Below are positions 25,529-35,100 of a DNA stretch of 64,000 nucleotides, one piece after another (positions within the stretch are counted from its first letter, which is position 1; each line of letters opens with the position of its first letter). The notes below the pieces were generated by a model that made no database searches, was not told the origin of the DNA, and saw nothing but the letters and a program-made list of their open reading frames with translations. Source of the stretch: an uncultured archaeon (GTDB lineage Archaea; Thermoplasmatota; Penumbrarchaeia; JASLWR01). Made by a program: the position numbers and the translations under genes. The stretch covers positions 96,001 through 160,000 of the forward strand of contig CAYFHS010000003.1 in NCBI GenBank assembly GCA_964342815.1, in the 5' to 3' direction.

Positions 25529-26552
25529 CCTTATGTTCGTCTGGAGGGCGTCTCATATTGCATTTTCCGCATACTTCACTAACACCCCATTTCCTTATGA
25601 ATTCCGAATATTTCCTTCCTTTCCATAATTCGATGAAATCATCATCCTTTACATTTCCAAAATACCCGAATTTCTTCCGAAGCGCATCTGGAGAACAGCA
25701 CACATTAAAGGTTCCGTCCCATGCTATCCAGGCCTCATTTCCTACAAAAGGACATCTCCAATGAGATGGCACTATTGAGGATATATCATCGGTTTTGATT
25801 TTATAAACGTTCTCCAGTTTGAACTTGTTGCCGTTACTTAAACGGGAATTCTCTGCAATCTTGTGGAGTATTTCTACCATCGAGTTCCATCGCTTGATAC
25901 TATTCTTGTTCCTTCTCAATGACTGAATGGTTAGTTCTGGCCATGTTACCCATAGATGATGTCCCTTGAATCGATCCACATCCATATCTATGGCCATCTT
26001 CAAAATAGCAGGCAACTCTTTCAAATTGTTCTCCATGTAAGTGACCTGGAAAGTAATGGTCGGTTCGTTCCAATTGTTCCTTCGAAACGAGTCTCTGATT
26101 TTTATAAGATCCGTAATATTTTCGATCAACTTCTCATGTGAGATTCCATTCATTATCATCTCAGATGTGTATTTCGTAGCTCCGTTAATGGATATTTTCA
26201 CATCGCTGGCCACGGGAAGAATCATTCCCCCCCACTCTTTCACCCCTCTTCCCGAAAAGGTCCCATTCGTTGTGAGGTTCATTTTCAAATCGAACTTTTT
26301 TACAAGGTCGATTATCCTTTCGAAATCTCGATATAGCAGAGGTTCTCCCATAGTGCTAGGTATTATCTCTCTAAGGCCACGATCTACTGCGCTTTCGACC
26401 ACCTTTTCAATGATTTGAACGTCCATTATCCGTTTATACTTTCTTTCAGTGGTTCTATAATTGCTATGTTCTTCACACATTATGCAGTTCAGATTGCATA
26501 TGTCGGGATTGGTATCAAAGGTTATTCTCCAAGGGGCGTCCATGGAGCTCAC
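25518..26552 (-). CDS. Radical SAM protein with twitch/SPASM-type C-terminal domain
   Basis: CNLNCIMC, STMGEP, C-terminal CPF...DGTFNVCC...CGKC. Confidence 0.85.
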   Translation of the reverse strand: MSSMDAPWRITFDTNPDICNLNCIMCEEHSNYRTTERKYKRIMDVQIIEKVVESAVDRGLREIIPSTMGEPLLYRDFERIIDLVKKFDLKMNLTTNGTFSGRGVKEWGGMILPVASDVKISINGATKYTSEMIMNGISHEKLIENITDLIKIRDSFRRNNWNEPTITFQVTYMENNLKELPAILKMAIDMDVDRFKGHHLWVTWPELTIQSLRRNKNSIKRWNSMVEILHKIAENSRLSNGNKFKLENVYKIKTDDISSIVPSHWRCPFVGNEAWIAWDGTFNVCCSPDALRKKFGYFGNVKDDDFIELWKGRKYSEFIRKWGVSEVCGKCNMRRPPDEHKDEN

Positions 26553-27754
26553 TTCATCACCTTTTCGTACAATTTCATAACGGACCTTGCATCATCCTCT
26601 ATTGAACGGACCTTTGAAGGTCTGATTTCTAGTTCGTTCAGAACCGTAGGATTCGAAATTATCCCTTGAAGCACTTTACGCAGGGAATCACTGTTTCCGA
26701 CATTAAAAAGGAAACCATCATTTCCATCCTCCACAAGTTCCTTCATTCCACCTATATCCGATGTAATCACCGGTACTCCCGCAAGAAAGGCCTCTTGAAT
26801 TACTAACGGGGAATTCTCGTACCATACGGACGGTACTATGAGCACGTCCATGTCATCCAGAACCGTCTGTATCTCCCAATTGTTGTAACAACCCTTAAAA
26901 TGAACATTTTCATTTGCATATTTTTCCAGGAAAGATTTATCCAGTTGGCTGTTGCCGTAGATGATTAGATTGGCACCTTTTGTATTCCAAAATGCTTCAA
27001 GCATCATTTTAATTCCTTTGACCGGGATTACGCGCCCCATAAAGCCAAAACTGATATTTTCATCACCTGAGTAGTGTTTCTTCTGATACTCAATTATATT
27101 CTTATCGAATCCATACTTGGAATAAGAAATCTTGCTTTCATCGACACCATTGCGGATAAAATACTTCATAAGGTATTTTGACGGGGAGAGGAAATAATCG
27201 ATCTTCTTAATAATTCGATTCATATGATTGACGTATTCCATATATCGTTCCCGAGTGACACAGTGCTTGAATTTGGCCCTTAAACATTGATAGCACATTT
27301 CGTGTTCTGGATTTGGGCATAGGTCTAAATTTTCCTTTATTGCCTGCCCCCTGATGCACCTCAGCCAGAAATCGTGAAGTGTGTAGATCACCGGAAGATC
27401 GAATTCATCTTTGATCACGTTGATAATATTCGTGGAAAGATGGGAAAGATGACCTATGTGGACGACATCTGGATGGATTCTTTGGATATATTTTCTCAAA
27501 GCAGCATCCATCTTAAGGTCAAGATATTTATCCTCAAGTGTATAATCCCGAAGAGGTTTATTTATTCTTCGAATTTTAACCTCGTTTATTACTTCATCGA
27601 GATGTGAATATGCATTCTCATATGGATTCTCCATACGCGTGAAGACGTACACTTCGGCGTATTTGGTTAATTCATTAGAGAGATTATATGTGTAAACTTC
27701 GGATCCTGCCATGTAATAGGGCGGATAACCGTGAATTATCTGTAACACCCTCAT
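26549..27754 (-). CDS. Glycosyltransferase family 4
   Basis: GGSE-like start (MAGSEVY), TLHDFW, PSVWYENSPLVIQEA motifs. Confidence 0.9.
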   Translation of the reverse strand: MRVLQIIHGYPPYYMAGSEVYTYNLSNELTKYAEVYVFTRMENPYENAYSHLDEVINEVKIRRINKPLRDYTLEDKYLDLKMDAALRKYIQRIHPDVVHIGHLSHLSTNIINVIKDEFDLPVIYTLHDFWLRCIRGQAIKENLDLCPNPEHEMCYQCLRAKFKHCVTRERYMEYVNHMNRIIKKIDYFLSPSKYLMKYFIRNGVDESKISYSKYGFDKNIIEYQKKHYSGDENISFGFMGRVIPVKGIKMMLEAFWNTKGANLIIYGNSQLDKSFLEKYANENVHFKGCYNNWEIQTVLDDMDVLIVPSVWYENSPLVIQEAFLAGVPVITSDIGGMKELVEDGNDGFLFNVGNSDSLRKVLQGIISNPTVLNELEIRPSKVRSIEDDARSVMKLYEKVMK

Positions 27755-28686
27755 TTTGTAAATTCCTCCTTGTAAAGACCAATGGTACGATCAATGCCCT
27801 CTTTTGGAAATATTGTGGCACGGTATCCAAGTAATCTTCTTGCTTTTTCAGGGTTTCCAATAAAGCGTTCCACATCATAATTACGCGGATCGGAATAAGT
27901 TGTCTTTGGCCTGTTCTCCACATTATTCGATATGATATCCAAAACTTCCTGAAGTGTTGTTCCTTTTCCTGTGAGAATGTGGAATTTGTCATAATATCGG
28001 ATATTCGTGTTAGAGAGAAGTTCACTCATCTTGATTATACCGGTTACAGTATCGTCGATGTGGGTGAAATCGAATATCTGAGCTCCTCCATGAATATTCA
28101 GTTCTTCATCGTTCAGGGAATTCAGGATAAAACGGGGAATTACCCTATCCAGGATATCATATACTCCACCGTACACATTTGAGAATCTAAGTACACCAGT
28201 TCGAAGACCGTATTTTTTGAAATACTCATTACACATTCGCTCCCCGTCTATTTTCGTTTTTCCATAGACATTCGCTACCTTGTAGGGTGCGTTTTCCGAG
28301 ACGGGAAGTACATCCGGTTCCCCGTATACTTCCCTGCTGCTCCCAAAGATAACCCACGGATTATTGCCCGACAACCTTGCGGCCTCCAATACATTGGAGA
28401 TTCCGTTGACATTGATATTGATACATTCATCCGGTCTTTCATGTCCCCATATAACCCTCGATACGGCTGCGAGGTGAATGATACCATGAACATTCTTGGA
28501 GATATTATTCACCTTTTCAGAATCCCTGATATCGACATCATGATAAGTGATTTCATTCTGGATTTTCCGTAATGAACCGTGGTCCTTTCGATTGTCAAGA
28601 ATATCTACGGTATGTCCCATTTTCAGCAGAACCTTTGCCGTGCTGGAACCAATGAATCCTGCTCCACCGGTAATTAATATTCTCAT
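27751..28686 (-). CDS. NAD-dependent epimerase/dehydratase
   Basis: GGAGFIG, HLAA, SSREVYG and YGKTK (YxxxK) motifs. Confidence 0.9.
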   Translation of the reverse strand: MRILITGGAGFIGSSTAKVLLKMGHTVDILDNRKDHGSLRKIQNEITYHDVDIRDSEKVNNISKNVHGIIHLAAVSRVIWGHERPDECININVNGISNVLEAARLSGNNPWVIFGSSREVYGEPDVLPVSENAPYKVANVYGKTKIDGERMCNEYFKKYGLRTGVLRFSNVYGGVYDILDRVIPRFILNSLNDEELNIHGGAQIFDFTHIDDTVTGIIKMSELLSNTNIRYYDKFHILTGKGTTLQEVLDIISNNVENRPKTTYSDPRNYDVERFIGNPEKARRLLGYRATIFPKEGIDRTIGLYKEEFTK

Positions 28687-28731
28687 TCACTCATCCTTTT
28701 GGTTTATTTCTATTGTTGTTGATATGCAGAT

Positions 28732-28760
28732 AAAAAAGCTTTGGGAATAAATCCCAAAGC
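28732..28760 (-). terminator. Hairpin + T-tract terminator downstream of the 40-aa gene
   Basis: GCTTTGGGA-N5-TCCCAAAGC 9-bp stem (28738-28760) followed by T6 on the minus strand. Confidence 0.7.
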
Positions 28761-28775
28761 CCAACCAATGGTTTA

Positions 28776-28898
28776 TTATTTTTTATTCTTCGCCGCTGCT
28801 CGCTGGGCTCTTGCCTTGAAGCCTTGGTTTCTACCTGACTTGTCGGCACTAGATTGAATCCTAGCTGCAGCTTTCGCTGACATATTGGATTTTGTCAT
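28776..28898 (-). CDS. 40-aa basic Ala-rich small protein (SMP/LEA-like), absent from the ORF track
   Basis: MTKSNMSAKAAARIQSSADKSGRNQGFKARAQRAAAKNKK; GGAGGT RBS at 28911-28906; own terminator. Confidence 0.75.
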   Translation of the reverse strand: MTKSNMSAKAAARIQSSADKSGRNQGFKARAQRAAAKNKK

Positions 28899-29354
28899 GG
28901 ACTTTACCTCCGTTCGTATATTTTATAGGGGAAAGCCCAGTTCTATGAACAAAGTTCACTAGAAAAGACATTCTATTCCGATAAAACCTTTCTACCTTCA
29001 CAGGCATCCAGAAAATCGATGCTGAATATCCTACGATATCCTCATCGAAGGATATATTGGTATTTAAAGTATTTTTTACATCATTGGGCATAGTCCCCAT
29101 TCTCCTAGGAGTACGCGCACCTCCCGGAGAGTTTCCAGAATGGAATGACTAGGTTTCCACTAAGGGTGACGTATTCCTGATGATATATATTTAGATAACA
29201 GGTATTAAAGTTTTCTTATATATTCTTTATAGAAGGTGTTTTTCTACCACTATGAGAATGATAATCCAGATTTTGAATAAACAGATGGAACAAATTAAAA
29301 AGGTATTGATTACTATTCCCTCCCATTGTCACAATTTAATATGGATGAACTTGC

Positions 29355-30880
29355 ATGTCAAGCAGCGAACTGGACATTAAAACCCTTGAGAACTGGCTAT
29401 GGGAAGCAGCCTGTAGAATACGGGGGGAAATCGACGCAGCGAAATACAAGGATTACATACTTCCACTAATATTCTTTAAAAGGCTATCGGACGTTTTTGA
29501 GGACGAAGTCATCAAGCTATCTCGAAATTACGGCAACAGAGAAGTTGCTGAGGAATTTGTGGAAGGGGACCACGGCCTCGTAAGATTCTTTATTCCAAAA
29601 AAGGCGAGGTGGGATGAATTAGCAAAGCAAACTACTGGTGTGGGAGAATATCTCACAGACGCGGTCCGTACAATTTCCAGAGAAAACCTGAAATTACAGG
29701 GAGTAATAGACATTGTGGATTTCAACGCCACAGCTGCGGGACAGCGGATAATCAGCGATGACAAGCTGAGATTACTGATAGACGTTCTTGGACGGTATAG
29801 GCTTGGAATAGACGATGTGGAGCCCGACATACTTGGAAGAACGAGTACCTTCTTAGAAAGTTCGCGGAAGGATCCGGACAGAGCGCCGGAGAATTCTATA
29901 CGCCGAGAGAAGTGGCAATATTGATGTCACACATTCTCGATCCCGGTGCAGGCCAAGAGATATACGATCCTTGTTGCGGTTCAGGCGGTTTGCTGATAAA
30001 AAGCTATCTTAGATTCAGAGAAAAATTCGAAAATCGCCCTAACGTAGAGCCGTTGAGATTCTTCGGTCAGGAAATTCTCCACTCCACCTTTGCCATGGCA
30101 AAGATGAATTCATTCATACATGATATGGAGGCGAACATAACGCTCGGAGACACGATGAACCGCCCAGCTTTCAAGAATAGGGGTGGTTCGCTGAGAAAGT
30201 TCGATCTCGTCACTGCTAATCCAATGTGGAACCAGAAATTCTCGCAGGATATCTTCGAGAATGATCCGTATGAGCGATTCGATATGGGTTATCCACCGTC
30301 AAGCAGTGCAGACTGGGGCTGGATACAGCACATGAACAAATCATTGCGGGATGACGGTAAGATGGCAGTGGTACTCGATACGGGAGCTGTATCGCGGGGA
30401 AGCGGGAATAAAGGAAGGAACAGGGAGCGGGACATAAGAAAAGAATTCGTTGAGAAGGATTGGGTAGAGGGAGTAATCCTGATGCCCGAGAATTTATTCT
30501 ATAACACCACTGCACCCGGTATAATACTTGTTATCAACAAGAATAAGAGAACTGAAAACGAGATAATGCTAATAAACGCCTCTAAGCTGTTCAAAAAGGG
30601 AAGACCGAAGAACTACCTTCCGGATGAAAGTATCAAACAGATCTCGGGGATATACCTTGGATGGAAGGAAGAGGATGGTATCGGTAAGATAATCAAGAAA
30701 GAGGAAGCGGCGAAGAATGATTATAATCTGAGCCCTTCAAGATACGTAGCACAGGATGAGGAGGACAAAACCCTGCCGGTGGAAGACGCACTGCTGTTGC
30801 TACGGGAAGCCGAAAAAGAGAGAAAAGAAGCGGATGGGAAGATGAGGGAGATATTGGAAAAATTGGGGATGGAGCTATGA
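29355..30880 (+). pseudogene. hsdM: Type I R-M methyltransferase subunit, frameshifted
   Basis: HsdM N-domain (LWEAAC, YKDYILPLIFFKRLSD) in 29355-29924; frameshift at ~29840/29841, after which [25 protein letters not shown] continues in the frame of 29912-30880 (DPCCGSGG, NPMW). Confidence 0.85.
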
Positions 30881-31272
30881 AATGGACCGATGAGAGATTG
30901 AAATTACTCATCGAACAGGGGGAAGGTTATGATCTGGAATTCAAAGAGTCCTTTTCAAAGAAGATCGGGGTGGAAATCTGTGCATTTGCGAACGGTAACG
31001 GTGGAAAAATACTGCTGGGAATCACCGACCGCGGGGTCATGAAAGGGGTAAATACTACCCAGAAAACTACCCAGAAAACTACCCGGAAACAAGATGAAAT
31101 AATTGATTATTTAAGAGAACATCCATTTGCCAGCAGGAAAGAATTGGCCGAAAAGATAGATAAAATAACAGAAAATGGTGTGAAATATAATCTTAAGCGT
31201 TTGAAAGAATTGGGTATAATAAAGAGAGTCGGCCCGGATAAAGGCGGTCACTGGGAGGTAATCACATCCTGA
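30877..31272 (+). CDS. Short AlbA_2 (Schlafen-like) fragment fused to HTH; probably internally deleted
   Basis: GEGYDLEFKES...CAFANGNGGKILLGITD, then TTQK repeats, then HTH (SRKELAEKI...VKYNLKRLKE...GGHWEV). Confidence 0.7.
   Translation: MKWTDERLKLLIEQGEGYDLEFKESFSKKIGVEICAFANGNGGKILLGITDRGVMKGVNTTQKTTQKTTRKQDEIIDYLREHPFASRKELAEKIDKITENGVKYNLKRLKELGIIKRVGPDKGGHWEVITS
31054..31089 (+). repeat. 12-bp tandem repeat ACTACCCAGAAA x3
   Basis: Two exact copies plus one ACTACCCGGAAA, encoding TTQK-TTQK-TTRK. Confidence 0.85.
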
Positions 31273-31355
31273 AGCACGATAAAAAAATCTACGATTCATT
31301 CCAGCAGTCCGTAATCCGAGCGAAGGCATTGGCGGAGCTTCAGGATGGGGTGGAG

Positions 31356-32156
31356 ATGGTGAAGGAAGTGATCGATTTAAACTGGGATGTAATGGCGTAT
31401 TTTCAAAAGAAAGCTCCGGAAATTGCTCCATTATTTGAGATTCATAAAAGAATCCTTGATCGGTCAAAAAAGCCTCCTAAAAAAGTTAAGAAAATATTTC
31501 TTGATGAGTTTGGTGAAGAAATTCAAAAGGAGGCTGATGGATATCAAGCGTATGTAGAATCAATAAACACAAAGGAAGGGAGAAAAGGATTGAAAAAAGC
31601 ATTTGCACCAATGGCATATTTATTCAGGTCTTCAGAGATAATTTCAAAAAAACCGCTCTACTATGAAGCAGTAGTTTCAGCTGTGACGGCGTTTGAAACA
31701 TATCTAAAAGATACTATAATCAATCTAATCACCGATAATAGAAAAGTTGAACAGAGGTTCTTTTTAGAATTGAATGACAAGCTTAGTTATGAGAAAATCA
31801 AGAAGTATGACTATGATTATGATAAATTAATGGGTTATATAGTAATAGAGAATTTCGATTTTTTCAAACTGGATAAAATCAACTCCCTGTATCGAAAAGC
31901 GTTGAGTGGGCAAAAAGACTCATTCTCAATTTTTCAGAATGAAAACCGTAGAAAACGGATTGAAAAATTCTTCAAAATACGTCATTTAATAGTACATAAT
32001 TCCGGAATTGTGGATCATAAATATCGGAAAGAAACAAATTCTAAACTTAAAGATGGAGATTCAATCCAATTGACAAGGAAATATATACTTGATATAATAG
32101 GCTCAATGAAGAAAATCGTTGATAATATTGAGAACGAGATTGAAAATGCAAAATAA
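31356..32156 (+). CDS. HEPN-domain protein (putative RNase)
   Basis: VSAVTAFETYLKD helix and RHLIVH (R-X4-H) motif; AT-rich; ATG 31356 preferred over TTG 31329. Confidence 0.65.
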   Translation: MVKEVIDLNWDVMAYFQKKAPEIAPLFEIHKRILDRSKKPPKKVKKIFLDEFGEEIQKEADGYQAYVESINTKEGRKGLKKAFAPMAYLFRSSEIISKKPLYYEAVVSAVTAFETYLKDTIINLITDNRKVEQRFFLELNDKLSYEKIKKYDYDYDKLMGYIVIENFDFFKLDKINSLYRKALSGQKDSFSIFQNENRRKRIEKFFKIRHLIVHNSGIVDHKYRKETNSKLKDGDSIQLTRKYILDIIGSMKKIVDNIENEIENAK

Positions 32157-32176
32157 GCAAGAATGGGGCTTTCAAT

Positions 32177-33790
32177 ATGAACAATCAATCAAAGAACTCG
32201 CGATTAATCCCTCAAATACAATGTATCAAAGATAAGATATTTGTATTTTCAAAAGGTGTTAAAGAGGATAATGTGAAACATTCAATTATTGACCGTTCTA
32301 GTGATATAGATAAAATTGTCGAAGTCATATCAAAGTTGCCAACTGGAAGTCAAAAGGGATTTCATGAAATTAATCTTAACACAAATCCGAAACAATGGAT
32401 AAAAGTCTTACTTGAGAGTGATTCAAATCCGAGTGAAGGGAAGATGAACAATCTGATTAATGATTTTACAGATGGTATGAAAACAAGAATGAGAGAAGAA
32501 GAAAAGTATGTTATTGGAATACTTCAGAAGAATGAATTATTATTGGCCCATAGCTATTTTGGGGAAAAAACCATTACACCAGAATGGAAAGTCATTCCGA
32601 GAATGCTAGATTTTGATAATGTCATTCGATATGCTCTATTTATAATGGAAAGCGATGGTAAAATCTGTGTGAAATACTTTGAGAAATATTCTACAGATTC
32701 TTTTGTTGACTGGCTGGGATTACCTCAGAGAGACGCCTTATATCATTTTGGGGGAAAATATAGAATTTCGACAGAAGTAGATGGAATTGTTAATACATTA
32801 GAAATTCCAATAGAACAAATAGATACATGGATCAGCAGTCATAACGAAATCAAGAAATCGGAGATTGAGTTTGCAGCTCCAATTACAAAATTAAAAATAG
32901 TTCAAATAAGGGTTGGGCGAAAAAAATATGACAATGCCGGTGATTTCCTGCAAGATTTTTATGCCGAAAAATACAATATCAATTATTACAGAATGAAATT
33001 TACCGAAATTCAAAACTCAATGAAGCCATATTCATATAAATTCATTGATGAAAAAGCCCGAGTCATTATGATAGATGGTGATAATACAATAGCTGTTGTT
33101 GAAAAAACCAATCCACATTTCGATGTTCTTTTCTGCTGTCATCTAATTTCAATAAGAGATAGTTATATGAATGACATATATCGAAAGTTGCGAAACGGAG
33201 AAAATATAAAAATATGTCATGCAGGTCATTCATTTTCCCATCAACCCTTAATAATAAAAAATATTGAAATATGGAATGAACTAGTGTTATCCACGATTTT
33301 TTCCGAGATAAAGGGTTATTTTGAGAGTGTTGATTTAACAGATAAAAATCTTACACAAATCTTCGAATTAATACTGTTTTTTCTACTAAAATCTGATAAT
33401 AGGATGAGACACTTATCTGTGTTTTTCAACGAGTTATGTACAAAAATTTTGGAAAATATGGAAATCATAAATAACATTACGAAATTTGAAGATGACATCA
33501 TTGAATTTAAAGCAAGTGATTATTTTACTGGTAAAGACAAGGATATCACGAATAAAATATCGTCCGACTTAGTAAAGAAATTTAATTCCAATTCCATAAA
33601 AATATATCTTCTCGGGGTTAATGATGACGGTTCCTTGGACCCCATACCAAATGGACGTCTTGCCAGTGATCGGGTAAATCGTCTTCAAGAAACAATTAAA
33701 AAAATTTCACAAGCCAGTATTTTATATCTATTTCCCGTAAAATGCCAGAATAACAAAAGCATAATCATCTTGGTCGGGGGGAAAAAATGA
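32177..33790 (+). CDS. Hypothetical protein with C-terminal AlbA_2-like domain
   Basis: IIEFKAS...YLLGVNDDG motif at the C-terminus; N-terminal ~420 aa unrecognised; ATGA overlap with hsdS. Confidence 0.6.
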   Translation: MNNQSKNSRLIPQIQCIKDKIFVFSKGVKEDNVKHSIIDRSSDIDKIVEVISKLPTGSQKGFHEINLNTNPKQWIKVLLESDSNPSEGKMNNLINDFTDGMKTRMREEEKYVIGILQKNELLLAHSYFGEKTITPEWKVIPRMLDFDNVIRYALFIMESDGKICVKYFEKYSTDSFVDWLGLPQRDALYHFGGKYRISTEVDGIVNTLEIPIEQIDTWISSHNEIKKSEIEFAAPITKLKIVQIRVGRKKYDNAGDFLQDFYAEKYNINYYRMKFTEIQNSMKPYSYKFIDEKARVIMIDGDNTIAVVEKTNPHFDVLFCCHLISIRDSYMNDIYRKLRNGENIKICHAGHSFSHQPLIIKNIEIWNELVLSTIFSEIKGYFESVDLTDKNLTQIFELILFFLLKSDNRMRHLSVFFNELCTKILENMEIINNITKFEDDIIEFKASDYFTGKDKDITNKISSDLVKKFNSNSIKIYLLGVNDDGSLDPIPNGRLASDRVNRLQETIKKISQASILYLFPVKCQNNKSIIILVGGKK

Positions 33791-35100
33791 ATGCTCAAAA
33801 TTCCCCTGGCACACCTCAGAATAATGTCATTCCAGAGGGTTTTAAGATAATAAATATTGGATTAACTCCTGATGATTGGAATTTATTGAAGCTAGACGAG
33901 TTCATAGAACAAATTAAAGATTCTGTGGATCCCAGTACTACAAATATTCAAAAATATGTGGGATTAAAGCACATGGATTCTGGCAATTGTCAAATAAGAC
34001 GATGGGGTAATCCATCAGATGTCAGAAGTACTAAATATGCTTTTCAACCTTCGAATGTTCTATACGGTAAACTCCGTCCGTACTTGGACAAGGTAGTTTA
34101 TGCGGAGTTTGATGGAATTTGCTCAACCGACATTATAGTCTTAAAAGCAAAAAACAATGCGAATAACATATTCATTTCTTATTTATTACATCATCCCTTG
34201 GTTCTTAACCATGCAATAGCAACAACTACGGGTGTAAACCATCCCCGAACATCTTGGAAAAAGCTTTCAAAACTTAAAATCCTCCTTCCTCCACTCCCCG
34301 AACAACGCAACATTGCTCAAGTACTCTCCACAATCCAGACCGCCCGCGAGAAAACCAAATCAGTCATCCAGGCCACGAAAGAACTCAAGAAGTCCATGAT
34401 GAAGCATCTTTTCACGTACGGCCCCATTCCCCCGAGCAAGGCGGGAAGCGTCCCGCTGAAGGAGACTGAGATCGGCATGGTACCGGAGGGAGGGGATGTG
34501 GTAAGGTTGGGGGATGTAATTAAAGGAACGCAATATGGTATATCAATGCGGGGAAATCCAGAAGGTGATTATCCAATTCTTAGAATGAATAACCTAATCG
34601 ATGGAAGAATAGAAACATTAGACTTACAATACGTTGATCTAGATGATGATGCTTTTGAAAAATTTAGAGTGAATCCAGGGGACATATTATTCAATCGTAC
34701 AAATAGCTTCGAATTGGTGGGAAAGACCTCTTTATTTAACATCAGAGATGTCTTTGTTTTTGCATCTTATTTAGTACGGGCCGTCCCCGACATTACCAAG
34801 TTATCACCGGAATATATTAACTATTATCTGAATTGGGATAGTACACAAAATCGATTAAAATTCTTGGCTACAAGAGGTGTAAGTCAGTCAAATATTAATG
34901 CGACTAAACTACGGAACTTTATTGTGTCAGTTCCCTCTCTTCCCACCCAACAAAAGATCGTCTCCATCCTAACCTCCATCGACGAAAAACTCCGCTCCGA
35001 AGAGAACAAGAAAAAAGCTCTCGACGAAATGTTTAAGACAATGCTAAACAATCTCATGACCGGGAAAATTCGTGTAAATGATCTGGAGGTTGACACTTGA
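33787..35100 (+). CDS. hsdS: Type I R-M specificity subunit
   Basis: Two TRDs with conserved PPLPEQRNIA and PSLPTQQKIV spacers. Confidence 0.9.
   Translation: MNAQNSPGTPQNNVIPEGFKIINIGLTPDDWNLLKLDEFIEQIKDSVDPSTTNIQKYVGLKHMDSGNCQIRRWGNPSDVRSTKYAFQPSNVLYGKLRPYLDKVVYAEFDGICSTDIIVLKAKNNANNIFISYLLHHPLVLNHAIATTTGVNHPRTSWKKLSKLKILLPPLPEQRNIAQVLSTIQTAREKTKSVIQATKELKKSMMKHLFTYGPIPPSKAGSVPLKETEIGMVPEGGDVVRLGDVIKGTQYGISMRGNPEGDYPILRMNNLIDGRIETLDLQYVDLDDDAFEKFRVNPGDILFNRTNSFELVGKTSLFNIRDVFVFASYLVRAVPDITKLSPEYINYYLNWDSTQNRLKFLATRGVSQSNINATKLRNFIVSVPSLPTQQKIVSILTSIDEKLRSEENKKKALDEMFKTMLNNLMTGKIRVNDLEVDT

Noticed and set aside
28861-29100. 79-aa ORF on the minus strand
   Set aside because: No recognisable motif, and it overlaps the better-supported 40-aa gene and its RBS; kept as doubtful
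33787-35100. hsdS shufflon/phase variation
   Set aside because: Single hsdS; no silent TRD copies, recombinase or long inverted repeats seen
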